Origin: Rotaria magnacalcarata | Taxonomy: Eukaryota | DNA length: 22,354 bases | Reading direction: 5' to 3' | NCBI GenBank assembly: GCA_965140935.1 | Contig: CBCSLL010001906.1 | Span: forward strand, 1-22,354 | The notes under the pieces: generated by a model | Told to the model about the DNA's origin: nothing | Seen by the model: the letters and a program-made list of their open reading frames with translations, nothing else | Databases searched by the model: none | Shown: positions 1-9,403 of the stretch, in pieces | Layout of the letters: each line of letters begins with the position of its first letter | Numbering within the stretch: the first letter of the stretch is position 1 | Translations under genes and position numbers: made by a program

Positions 1-230
1 TGTGAAATAAGAACTGATACGCTTTTCGTTGAGATTCAGCGATATACAGATTATGTCTCTTGTACTCGACTCAATGATTCTTACGATCATGAGTAAGCCG
101 ATTTCCCTATTGAATGGAATGATCGGGAGTCTTTAGAATTCATCTATGTAATGATTCTATAATGTTCCTATTGATGTTACGACATTATAGTCGAGAAATA
201 CGGTGATATTCATGGTGATTCAAGAGCCGA

Positions 231-407
231 TGGAATCACACAGAATCAATGGAATCACACGGAATCACGTAGAATCAATGGAATCACGTAGAATCAATGG
301 AATCACGTAGAATCAATGGAATCAACAGAATCACATAGAATCAACAGAATCACATAGAATCAACAGAATCACATAGAATCAGTAGAATCACGGAATCACG
401 GAATCAG
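231..407. repeat. Satellite-like tandem array built on a GAATCA core: the 19-bp unit GGAATCACGTAGAATCAAT x3, then AGAATCACATAGAATCAAC x3, with degenerate copies at both ends.
   Basis: Direct reading shows GAATCA recurring every 8-10 bp and two 19-bp higher-order units, each in three tandem copies. Confidence 0.8.
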
Positions 408-514
408 CTTTTTCCCCCTTGGGATGAGGTCAGATTGAGAGGATATCACAGTCATCCGTCAAACTCAATTTGTTGCGAATATTTATTCTATCAATATAGA
501 GCTGCCGACACACG

Positions 515-522
515 TATAAATA
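515..522 (+). promoter_or_regulatory. Candidate TATA box (TATAAATA) about 125 bp upstream of the ATG at 647.
   Basis: TATAAATA motif lies in the 5' flank of the pentapeptide-repeat ORF; the call rests on position alone. Confidence 0.2.
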
Positions 523-646
523 ACTGGTTCTTCTTACATTTTTTGTATGTTCGAACGAATCACAACACAATATAGATTTTAGATATTATCACCCTTGAAT
601 TTATTTAATACGTGGCATTTTTCGTGCTCTCATCTTTCAACAAATT

Positions 647-1642
647 ATGGATGACAGTTCATTTGATTTCAAACGAGAAAATTCAATCGTGTCATCATCT
701 GTGGCACAAACGTCATCTGATGTGGTGACTCGTAAGAAATCAAAGCCAATTAAATGTATGAATATATTCAAGCTTGCACTCGCTGCATTGCCAACTATTG
801 TTTTTGGAGTGTTTACGATTGTCTCCACGTTACAACAGGATGCTGCGGCTAGGGCGGCACGTGACCAAGGTCAAGGACAAGCCGACGAAACGAATCGAAG
901 AATTCTTTTCAAAGAATATATGGATGATATGAGAGATCTTCTTTTGGATGAAAATTTTGAACAAAATATTAACAAGTCTCTTCTACAAATTCGCGTTCAA
1001 ACATTAACAGTTCTAAGAAATCTTGATCCTATCCGTAAACGTGACGTGTTTCTTTTTTTGTATGAAAGTCGTCTGATTCGACACGATATCACACCGAGAA
1101 TTGATATACGTGGGGCGGATTTTAGTGGAATAAAGCTTGTGCAATCATCGACACAAGTCTGCGATCTTCCCTTTCTTTATTTACCGGGAGTAATCGCAGA
1201 AAATGCCACATTCGATGGTTGTACTCTCACATTTGCAGTGTTTGAGAGTGCGTCAATGGTTGGTTCTAAATTTCTGTTGAACGATATTGCACTTACGAAT
1301 TTTCAGAATACCAATTTGAATAAAGCAACATTTCGTGACAACCAAATGTATGAAGCAAAGTTTACGGGCGCTGATCTTAGTCAATCATTCATTGGTGATG
1401 GAGTTTATCAGAATGTGGATTTCACAAATGTTGATTTGTATCAAAGCGTTATTGGAAATTCCTTATTGAATCCACCACCATTTATCGGCTTGAAGCCAGT
1501 AATTTTGCTCAATACTCGCTTACCGGATGGCACGTTCAGTATTATTGATTCACAGAATTTGCTTATGCATGGTCGAGCAGAGACAGAAGTTAGTTTTGTC
1601 AAATATCGCGTTTTGGAGTGTTTTTCATTTCGTTTTTTGTAG
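647..1642 (+). CDS. Intronless 331-aa protein with an N-terminal signal-anchor/TM helix (IFKLALAALPTIVFGVFTIVSTL) and a C-terminal pentapeptide-repeat domain.
   Basis: Uninterrupted ORF from ATG 647 to TAG 1642. Residues ~165-290 show a strict 5-residue periodicity with a central F/L (NATFD GCTLT FAVFE SASMV GSKFL LNDIA LTNFQ NTNLN KATFR ... GADLS QSFIG ... NVDFT NVDLY), typical of the A(D/N)LXX pentapeptide-repeat family. A hydrophobic stretch at aa 40-62 follows a basic RKKSKPIK motif. Confidence 0.55.
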   Translation: MDDSSFDFKRENSIVSSSVAQTSSDVVTRKKSKPIKCMNIFKLALAALPTIVFGVFTIVSTLQQDAAARAARDQGQGQADETNRRILFKEYMDDMRDLLLDENFEQNINKSLLQIRVQTLTVLRNLDPIRKRDVFLFLYESRLIRHDITPRIDIRGADFSGIKLVQSSTQVCDLPFLYLPGVIAENATFDGCTLTFAVFESASMVGSKFLLNDIALTNFQNTNLNKATFRDNQMYEAKFTGADLSQSFIGDGVYQNVDFTNVDLYQSVIGNSLLNPPPFIGLKPVILLNTRLPDGTFSIIDSQNLLMHGRAETEVSFVKYRVLECFSFRFL

Positions 1643-4600
1643 TGTCATCTCAATGTCACGCCATATTGGAAAGAAGTCGTCACTACTGAACCACTAAATA
1701 TTATTCATTTTCAAGCAAGCCTACCAGTGAATATGTCTAAAGTCGAAGACGATTGCTTTTTCAAAATAGATAAAGACATGACCTACTATCAATTTTTGTC
1801 TGTTCAAAACTTCTCTCATTTGATCGATTTAAAACTAGCTATGTTCAATTTACTGGGATGGTTCGGATTGAAAAATCCAAATGACAAAGATTCGTTAACG
1901 ACGACAGTACACTTTTCACAAAATAAAAATTCATTTAATTTTGGAAGTTCAGTATTTAGTAAGTCGTTGCTGGTAAATCTTTCATGATTCACTATTGTTA
2001 TTTTGCTTGTATTTTAAGTTCATGTGAAAAATTTGACATCGTCATTCCATCAACATTCATTGGTTAATATGATCCCACCAATGACAAGATTTATAGCAGT
2101 ATCACTGGGTTGTAATACAGTTGGTACCAACGACCAATTTTGTCTCTTTGATCAAATAACATTATCAGTTTTTAGAAAGATCTCGTAAAGATGATAAGGG
2201 ATTTTTTTGGTAAATACGCATTACGACGCGAATATGTCAATTTTATGTATAACATATTTTTTGAAAACAATAACAATTGAATTGTATCTGCAGAAAGGAG
2301 TTGTCTTTATCGAAATATGTAAACTCATCCTCACAATTTTTGAGAAAATGTTGACATTAACCGGAGAATATACATGCCATTCTCACTCATTAAATACTCA
2401 TTCGAATTATTTGATGTGTACCACCCTGAAAGTAGGTTGTAATCACATAAGGTTTGGCTTATGTTTAAAAGCAATCAGGAAAGAAACATTTAATTAAAGA
2501 GCCTGTTTTTAGCTTTTTCATATTAAGGAGAGAATAGTGCACTAGTTAACCAAAAAGCGGAACAACATAAGACAGAAGTCGAGCATTCGGATGAAGAGCA
2601 ATATTAGGCACCCATTTATCAACAACATATTTTCTTGTCCAGAAATAAATTTTTTCAATAAAGTTGTCAACCAATAAACTGAATAATATTATCGGTATAG
2701 TTTAAGTTTTCGAAATTCATTGTTGATATTGGTTGAGATCGATTGTGGGTGATATCTGATGGCGGTAGAGTTCCACGGGTTGACCGAGGGGTTATAACTC
2801 AGGATAGGAGTTGACCAGCTGTGGGCACTCATCTATTTGAAAGTATCGAGGTTTCTATAGTGTTCTTCTAGGTGCTGCTTCTAAGCACTCTCTAACGATT
2901 GATAGATAGCAGACGATAATCAGTAGGACGATAAAAATAGAAACCATATTGAAAATGTAAACCAATCTCGGAAAATCATCTATTGGCATCGGTAGAGTGG
3001 TCATTGCTATTTGTTCTCTTGGTGATGTAGCTTCGAAGAATATAGCACAATAGTAATTAGATAGTCACATTGATACACCAAGTAGAAAATTGAGGCATTG
3101 CTTTGAAAATAATGTCAATTTATTCACATGTGTATTATAACGTACATAGGTATATGATTATAGATTTATTTCCACATAGTCTAATGATAAAGAGTAATCA
3201 ACTCAATAGAGAATTGGCAAGCAGATAACTAAGAGGTGCTATCTTGTGTCAACTAAGAAATGTGACATTATATTACCTTTTTTGTTTTGATAATCCGATA
3301 AAAATAGGATGAAATCTCGATCTGTTTGCATAATATTTTCTATCGTATTTTAAATCACAAAGTCATATACTCAAGCCAAATATTATTCGTCTATCTTGTT
3401 TCGTTGACTTGTCTTTAAGTGCTACTCGTTCTTGGAACGATATGAAGTTTTTCAAAAGTATATTCTCTCGCCATTGTTATATAACAACGATAAACAACAT
3501 AAGAACAATTCACACTGATAGCCTCTTTTCAAGCTCAAGTGTGATTGAGAGACAGAGTTGATAGTGGAGATAAACATATTATTATTGTATTGTTTTCAAG
3601 GGACGAATGTGACAAGTCTTTGGTGAAATAGCATACTTAGAATTATACTCGCAATAGAGTTGATATTAATCAAATGGACTGTCGGGATTATTTGGTTTAA
3701 GTGTTTTATTAGTGCCAAACATCCACGCGTTAGTTTTGTTTTCACATACACTGATTTGTTGGTGCTCAGGATTAAATTATTTCGCTATGTCAAACTATAA
3801 GATGAATCCATAGCCTTGTATTGGATCTCCTGCTGGATTGGCACTAAACTCAACAAACAAGAATGTTACTACAGAAAGCTGAGAAACATTTTCTACATTC
3901 GTTGATAGCGAGTTTGACAGATATTCGTCGTCTTGAGTGTGTGGAAGTAATCAACATCGGCATGCACATCTTTCTATTGTGAATACGATTCCACAGAAGA
4001 CAAGATTTCTGTTGGATGCGCTTTCTGTAAAACATGAACTACTCTTATTCATAAAAGCAATCCTGTGATATAATCAATAAAACGAATAAAATTCTAATTT
4101 ATTTTCCACTTGCGACAAAAAAAGAAAGCTCTTTTAATAACTCTTGTGGATAAATTTGTTTTTTGTCGAATCGTTCATAATTCCTTCATACGTTGTTCAC
4201 CAATTTTTGACTTGGGTCGCTTTACACGATGTTTTATTCAGCTATTAATCTGAAAAATGACGTCATGAACAGTAATTGTTCCAGAAAATCTCATAAATCT
4301 GTCATCAGAATTTGTATGCAAAATTACATTACAACTTCGGTTTGTACATCGCCAAAATTTTAGTTTTCTTTCGATTAAAATTTAAAAATTGTAAATTATA
4401 ACCATTAACGATTAACACAAATTTTCCTTTATTCGAGTATGTTTTTGTAATAGTTAGTTTAGTTGGACTTGGTTGTCAAAATGAATTTTCAGGTGATTGA
4501 GATGGCGATAAACATTCAGTTTCATCAATAGCTGTCAACTTATTAGATCCCATCAAAAATGTCTTTTTACAATTACGGAAAAATATTACGCAAAACAACG

Positions 4601-4740
4601 AATGACATTTAAACGATATATTTTCTGGTCTTTATTGAATCATTGATACGGTAGTCGTGTCCTCTACAATAGGCAATAAAAATATGCACCGATATATTTC
4701 TTTCTTGAAGGGGTCATCTATATTTCACTAACACATAGTT

Positions 4741-4860
4741 CAACAACTAAAATTAAAGAATAAGGAACATTTTTTCAAGGACAAAATATCGGAGGAAATT
4801 TTTTCTGAGGACGAAAAACCAGGGACATTTCTGAAAGGACAATTTTTTGGGGACATTTTA
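4741..4860. repeat. Degenerate tandem repeat with a ~20-30 bp period; units have the form (A)GGAC(A/G)...TTTT.
   Basis: Repeated GGACAAAATATCGGAGGAAATTTTTTCTG / AGGACGAAAAACCAGGGACATTTCTGA / AAGGACAATTTTTTGGGGACATTTTAGACC. Confidence 0.5.
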
Positions 4861-5503
4861 GACCGTATTCGTGTGGCACTACGATTGATTTGAATTTTCA
4901 TTCAATATGATCAGAGTTACGTCAGTTTGAAATAATCTGTGATAAATTTTCCATGAATGACCTTTTTTTTCTTGTTTAAAAGAAAAAGTCCCATTTATCT
5001 TCCAGCAGTTTGCTTGCAATGCTCGGTTAAAAAAATGCTTTACAACACTACTGCCGTCTATTAAAAAAAACTTCCTACTCTATATTTTTCAGAATAACTT
5101 CTGGATTGATCTATGAAAGTAAAACCGATAAGTGTTTGTTTTTGTCGGTTGCATATTTGGTTGAAATTTTCTTCGTTTCTTATTTAGATGTAATTTTTAG
5201 ATAATTTATCGGAATGAGTAATTCTGAGGTTTCATTTTCAAACGCAATTCTATCCACTGCCGAATCAAACCTCCAAAATATTTGCCTATTGCTGCACTGC
5301 AAATAACCTTGAAAGCAAACAACTTAAAAAAATAAAAGCTTGTGCAAGAACACCAAGACGTAAGAGAGAGAGTGAAACATAGATTTTACCGCGATATTTG
5401 TTTTTCTTTTTTTCCTTTCTCTAACATGGGGCAAACTTGCACAATGCTTTGAAAAATACTTAATCATTCAACATGCAATACCATAGTCTTTATATTTTCA
5501 GTT

Positions 5504-5510
5504 TATAAAA
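5504..5510 (+). promoter_or_regulatory. Candidate TATA box (TATAAAA) about 70 bp upstream of the MVP1 ATG.
   Basis: GTTTATAAAAGAG motif in the 5' flank; the call rests on position alone. Confidence 0.2.
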
Positions 5511-5579
5511 GAGATTCAACGTTTTTTTCTTGCCTATAGATTGTTACTGACATACGAACATTCTACAAACACATACACA

Positions 5580-5767
5580 ATGAGTAAAGCAACAACTACG
5601 GATAAGAAAAGTGATTCCGGTCCACTTTATCGAATTCCTCCTTATTTTTATATTCATGTTTTGGATCAAAATACAAATGTTACGAGACTTGAAATTGGTC
5701 CCAAAACATTTATTAAACAAGACAATGAAACAGTCACCATCGGACCAGAAAAAATGATTACAGTACC
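5580..5767 (+). CDS. MVP: MVP1 exon 1 ([10 protein letters not shown]...EKMITVP, ends in phase 2).
   Basis: First ATG lies in frame with the ORF 5541..5804. Donor GTACGT is at 5768. The junction restores TVP|PRHYCV, identical to the human MVP motif. Confidence 0.65.
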
Positions 5768-8650
5768 GTACGTTGATAATTGTTATTCTAAGAAAAGACG
5801 ATGAAAGAAAGTAAAAATTTGGATGTTTTTTTAGGCCCCGTCATTACTGTGTTATTGAATCGCCTGTAGTACGCAATGATGCTGGCGAAGTTATTTTCGA
5901 TAAAAATGGACAAGCCAAACTTGTTCATGCTGACTTGGAAATTCGGCTTTCACAACCTGATCAATCACCTTTTCCTCTCTATCCCGGTGAAATTCTTCGT
6001 CAAGTATAAAGAAACATTCAAAATTTTCTATTGAGAATAAAATAAAACTACTTTTTATGTTTGTTCTATTTTAAAGCCTGTTACTCCATTAAAAGTTGTT
6101 CCTGCTAATTCAGCATTACGCTTAAAGGCTGTCCTAGATTTTCAAGATGAAGCAGCAGATGAACAACGTCGGGCTGGAGATGAATGGTTATATGAAGGAC
6201 CAGCTACTTATATTCCTCGTAAAGAAGTTAGCGTTGAAGAACAAATTCGTGCTACAGTTATCTCGTCTAATCAAGCTATAAGGCTTTGCGCAAAAAAGGA
6301 AATCGTTGATCGTACAGGCCAACGACGTGTTACTGGTGAAGAATGGTTAATTAAAAAGACCGGTGCATATTTACCACTTGCATATGTAAGTGCAAATCTC
6401 GTCGGTATGCGAAATACTAATCTTGTTATTTTTAGGAAACTGTGGTTTCAGTAGAAAATGCTTATGTATTAACCGATAAAAAGGCTCTTCATCTTTGTGC
6501 ATTAAAAACTTTTACAGATAATTTCGGTAAAGAACGTATGAACGGTGAAGAATGGCTTGTAACACTTGCTGACACTGAAACACATATTCTTAGTGTCTAT
6601 GAACAATTAGTTTCTGTTGTTAATGTAGTAACATTAACATCACGTCAATATTGTGTTATAATCGATCCAGTTGCTGACGGAAAACCACAATTAGGGAAAA
6701 AAGCAAGTTTTTATCTCAATGAAATCAGAGAGATTAATTATGTTGATTTCTTTCTTTCGTAGAAACTTGTTGTCGGTGAAAAATCATTCTTTCTTCAACC
6801 CGGTGAAAAACTTCAAAATGGTATTCAAGATGTTTTTATCTTAGGTGAAGATGAAGGTGTTATTCTAAAATGTATCGAAGCATTTAAAGATACACAAGCT
6901 AATGTTAATCGAAATCCCGGCGATCGTTGGATGATTCGTGGTCCAACGTAAGATATTTAATGTCTCTATGAAAGGTCTAAATTAATATTATTCTTGTAAA
7001 TTTTAGTGAATATATACCTCCAACACAAGTTGAAGTTGTGACACGTCGAAAAGCTTTGCCATTAGATGCCAATGAAGGTATCTATGTTCGTGATATCAAA
7101 ACTGGTTGTGTCCGTGCCGTCATTGGCGAAACTTATATGTTAACACAAGATGAAGAATTATGGCAAAAAGAATTGCCTAAGAAAGTTGAAGAATTATTAT
7201 CTCGTGATGCTTTAAGTGAACGAAATGTTCTCACGCGAAGTCAAACATCAGATAAAAATCAATCTCAACAACAAGCAGCAACAACAACAACAAGTTCAAA
7301 CGTAAATGTTGCCAAACGTGATAAATCAAAACTAGTTACCTATCGTGTACCACACAATGCCGCTGTACAAATTTATGATTATAAAGCTAAGAAAGCACGT
7401 ATTATATTCGGCCCTGAACTTGTTATGCTTGGACCCGATGAACATTTTACATTACTTTCATTGAGTGGTAGTGTACCAAAAAAACCAAATCAAATTCAAT
7501 CACTTTGCTTACTTCTTGGACCAGACTTTTTTACTGATGTCATTGTTATTGAAACAGCTGATCATGCTCGTCTTTCACTTCAACTTTCATACAATTGGCA
7601 TTTTGAAATATCAGATATTGAAGACGACAAAGAAGCATCCAAACTGTTTTCTGTACCAGATTTTGTTGGTGATGCAGCTAAAGCTATAGCGTCACGTGTT
7701 CGTGGTGCTGTTGCTGGTACACAATTTGATGATTTTCATAAGAATTCAGCTCAAATTATTCGTACGTCTGTATTTGGTCTTGATGCAAATCAAAAAATAC
7801 GAGAAAACTTTACTTTTCCACAAAACAATCTTGTCATTACATCGATTGATATTCAAAGTGTTGAACCTGTGGATCAACGAACACGAGATGCTCTTCAGAA
7901 GAGTGTTCAATTAGCTATTGAAGTAAGATAAAAGACTATCGATTGAATTGTGATGATTAATTTCCGTGTATGTCTACATTTTAGATTACAACAAATTCAC
8001 AAGAAGCTGCAGCTAAGCATGAAGCTTCGCGTCGAGAACAAGAAGCAAAAGGTTTACTAGAACGTCAACGTATTAAAGATGATGCTGAAGCTGAAGAGGT
8101 TCGAAAACAACTTCTCCTGTTACAAGCTGAATCATCGGCTGTTGAAGTCACAGGGCAAGCTAAAGCCGAAGCACAAAGTCGAGCTGAATCTGCTCTCATT
8201 GAAGGACGAGCATCTGTTGAACAAGGTATAAATATTTTATTTTTCCAATGGAATTCAATAAGTGAATTTTTCTTTTGTTTAGCTCGTCTCAGGGCTGACG
8301 CTGCACGAATTGAAGCCGAAGCTGAAATATCACGCCTACAATTGGCACGCGAAGCTGAAATTAACTATTTACGTGAACAGAATGAATTAGAAATTACTAA
8401 AAAGGCTGAAATGTCACGTATTGAAACCGACAAATTCAAATTACAAGTTGAATCAATCGGTGCATCAACAATACAAGCCATTGCAACTTCAGGTCCAGAT
8501 ACACAAGTTAAACTTTTACAAGCGCTCGGTCTTCAGTCCATGTTGGTTACTGATGGTCATTCACCTATCAATCTAATGGGCTTTGGACAAGGACTTTTAG
8601 GTGGTTTAAATGCAAATACAATTAGCAATGCGGGTGGAGCACCTAATTAA
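5580..8650 (+). CDS. MVP: Major vault protein gene, paralog 1 (gene span). Exon model: join(5580..5767,5835..6003,6077..6385,6436..6702,6763..6947,7007..7922,7985..8225,8283..8650), 2643 nt, 880 aa.
   Basis: The translation matches MVP hallmarks along its whole length. N-terminus: [37 protein letters not shown]. Vault repeats: [46 protein letters not shown]. Shoulder/cap: [84 protein letters not shown] coiled-coil tail follows. All splice junctions keep the frame. Introns are GT-AG except one probable GC-AG, and the gene ends at TAA 8648-8650. Confidence 0.85.
5835..6003 (+). CDS. MVP: MVP1 exon 2 ([56 protein letters not shown]).
   Basis: Acceptor tttttttag|G is at 5834/5835; donor GTATAA is at 6004. 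Confidence 0.6.
6077..6385 (+). CDS. MVP: MVP1 exon 3 (PVTPLKVV...[17 protein letters not shown]).
   Basis: Acceptor ttttaaag|C is at 6076/6077; donor GTAAGT is at 6386. Confidence 0.65.
6436..6702 (+). CDS. MVP: MVP1 exon 4 ([20 protein letters not shown]...[13 protein letters not shown]).
   Basis: Acceptor atttttag|G is at 6435/6436. The exon ends before GCAAGT at 6703. The ORF-track tail [19 protein letters not shown] is intron read-through. Confidence 0.55.
6763..6947 (+). CDS. MVP: MVP1 exon 5 ([30 protein letters not shown]...[13 protein letters not shown], ends in phase 2).
   Basis: Acceptor ttcgtag|A is at 6762/6763; donor GTAAGA is at 6948. The frame continues from exon 4 only if the 60-nt GC-AG intron is removed. 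Confidence 0.55.
7007..7922 (+). CDS. MVP: MVP1 exon 6 ([30 protein letters not shown] ... SVQLAIE), 916 nt.
   Basis: Acceptor aattttag|T is at 7006/7007; donor GTAAGA is at 7923. The ORF-track M at 7038 is a GTG artefact. The exon carries a Q/T-rich low-complexity insert ([24 protein letters not shown]). Confidence 0.7.
7985..8225 (+). CDS. MVP: MVP1 exon 7 ([80 protein letters not shown], ends in phase 1).
   Basis: Acceptor cattttag|A is at 7984/7985; donor GT is at 8226-8227. Confidence 0.65.
8283..8650 (+). CDS. MVP: MVP1 exon 8 ([103 protein letters not shown]...GAPN*).
   Basis: Acceptor tttgtttag|C is at 8282/8283; stop TAA is at 8648-8650. The exon overlaps ORF 8342..8650, whose M is a TTG artefact. 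Confidence 0.65.
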
Positions 8651-9395
8651 TGCATTGAAGAAAATTATTAGATAAAACTTTCTTTTTTGTTGAAGAAGAA
8701 CAATAATTTTTGTCCGTTCCTTCGTGTTTTCGTATGAATAATTTAACTATATAAGTGCACTCTACTTATTGTGTAGTTCATGTATGAATAATAGACTGTG
8801 ATGATCATCATAAGAAACAATTTTTTCACTACCTAGCTATTATCTACTTCCTAGCTCTTTTCAAAATGTATTGAAAAGTGCTTCAAAAATAGGCACCCCA
8901 TGGCGATGTATTTCTTCACTTCACCTTGACAATTCCGATGTTTTTATTTTATAGCTTGTCAATACCTCGAAAATTCAATGTGATAAGTGCATTTATTTTA
9001 AATTAAAGTTTAGTATTCCAGTTCGAAAAAACAACGTAAGAGTGTGAGAGCGACTTTCGTGATTTGTTGAGTCATCGGCAGAAACTAGATTGAAATCCCA
9101 TGTTTCAATTAATTTACAAATACTTCACTTGAAATAAAAATCCACTCAGAAAAGTTATCAATAGTTGGGAGACAATTTTTGGAGGCTCGTCGGAACTTTC
9201 CTTTTGTTAGAATATTCGTTGTATTGACTGAGTCACGCTTGAGAAGTCTCCCTCGTAAGATTTACTCTTCCCAAATGTGTTTTGTGTTGTTTAGCACATT
9301 TACAATGTCATTTGAATAGACGCTAAATTTGTTGAATACTAAATTAAATCGAATCAGATTCATAACTGAAATACGCGAAGCAGCAATCGAATGTA

Positions 9396-9403
9396 CTCTA
9401 GAA
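9396..9403. repeat. Left 8-bp target-site duplication (CTCTAGAA) of the hAT-like MITE.
   Basis: An identical octamer directly abuts both TIRs (9396-9403 and 10079-10086). Confidence 0.7.

Noticed and set aside
637-828. ORF 637..828 (-), 63 aa.
   Set aside because: It is antisense to the N-terminus of the pentapeptide-repeat gene and has no features of its own.
1840-1880. B-box-like GGTTCGGATTG with a weak upstream A-box-like TAGCTATGTTC, a possible Pol III (tRNA or vault-RNA type) gene.
   Set aside because: Both boxes deviate at several invariant positions. No cloverleaf or terminator T-run is in the right place, and the spacing is atypical.
1727-2497. ORFs 1727..1987 and 2207..2497 (+).
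   Set aside because: They show no domain signal, have AT-rich low-complexity composition, and lack a splice-consistent connection to the upstream pentapeptide gene. They are most likely non-coding.
5541-5579. The ORF-track start [13 protein letters not shown] upstream of MSKATT in MVP1, and the M at 7038 and 8342.
   Set aside because: The tracker used TTG or GTG as initiators. 5541 is TTG and the first real ATG is at 5580. The M residues at 7038 and 8342 are internal GTG/TTG codons in exons 6 and 8.
6703-6762. Tail of ORF 6442..6762 (...[19 protein letters not shown]) taken as the C-terminus of a protein.
   Set aside because: The conserved MVP motif [15 protein letters not shown] continues in frame immediately after the stop. 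The segment is a retained-intron read-through, not coding.
7465-7914. ORF-track entries 7465..7689 and 7696..7914 (+), Leu/Ile/Phe-rich and 72-74 aa long.
   Set aside because: These are alternative-frame read-throughs inside MVP1 exon 6. They have low-complexity hydrophobic composition typical of AT-rich off-frame translation and show no homology signal.
8651-9395. Possible inverted homology between the two MVP 3' flanks, as a remnant of the duplicated unit.
   Set aside because: Reading 8651-9395 against the reverse complement of 10087-10443 shows no alignable similarity beyond AT-richness.
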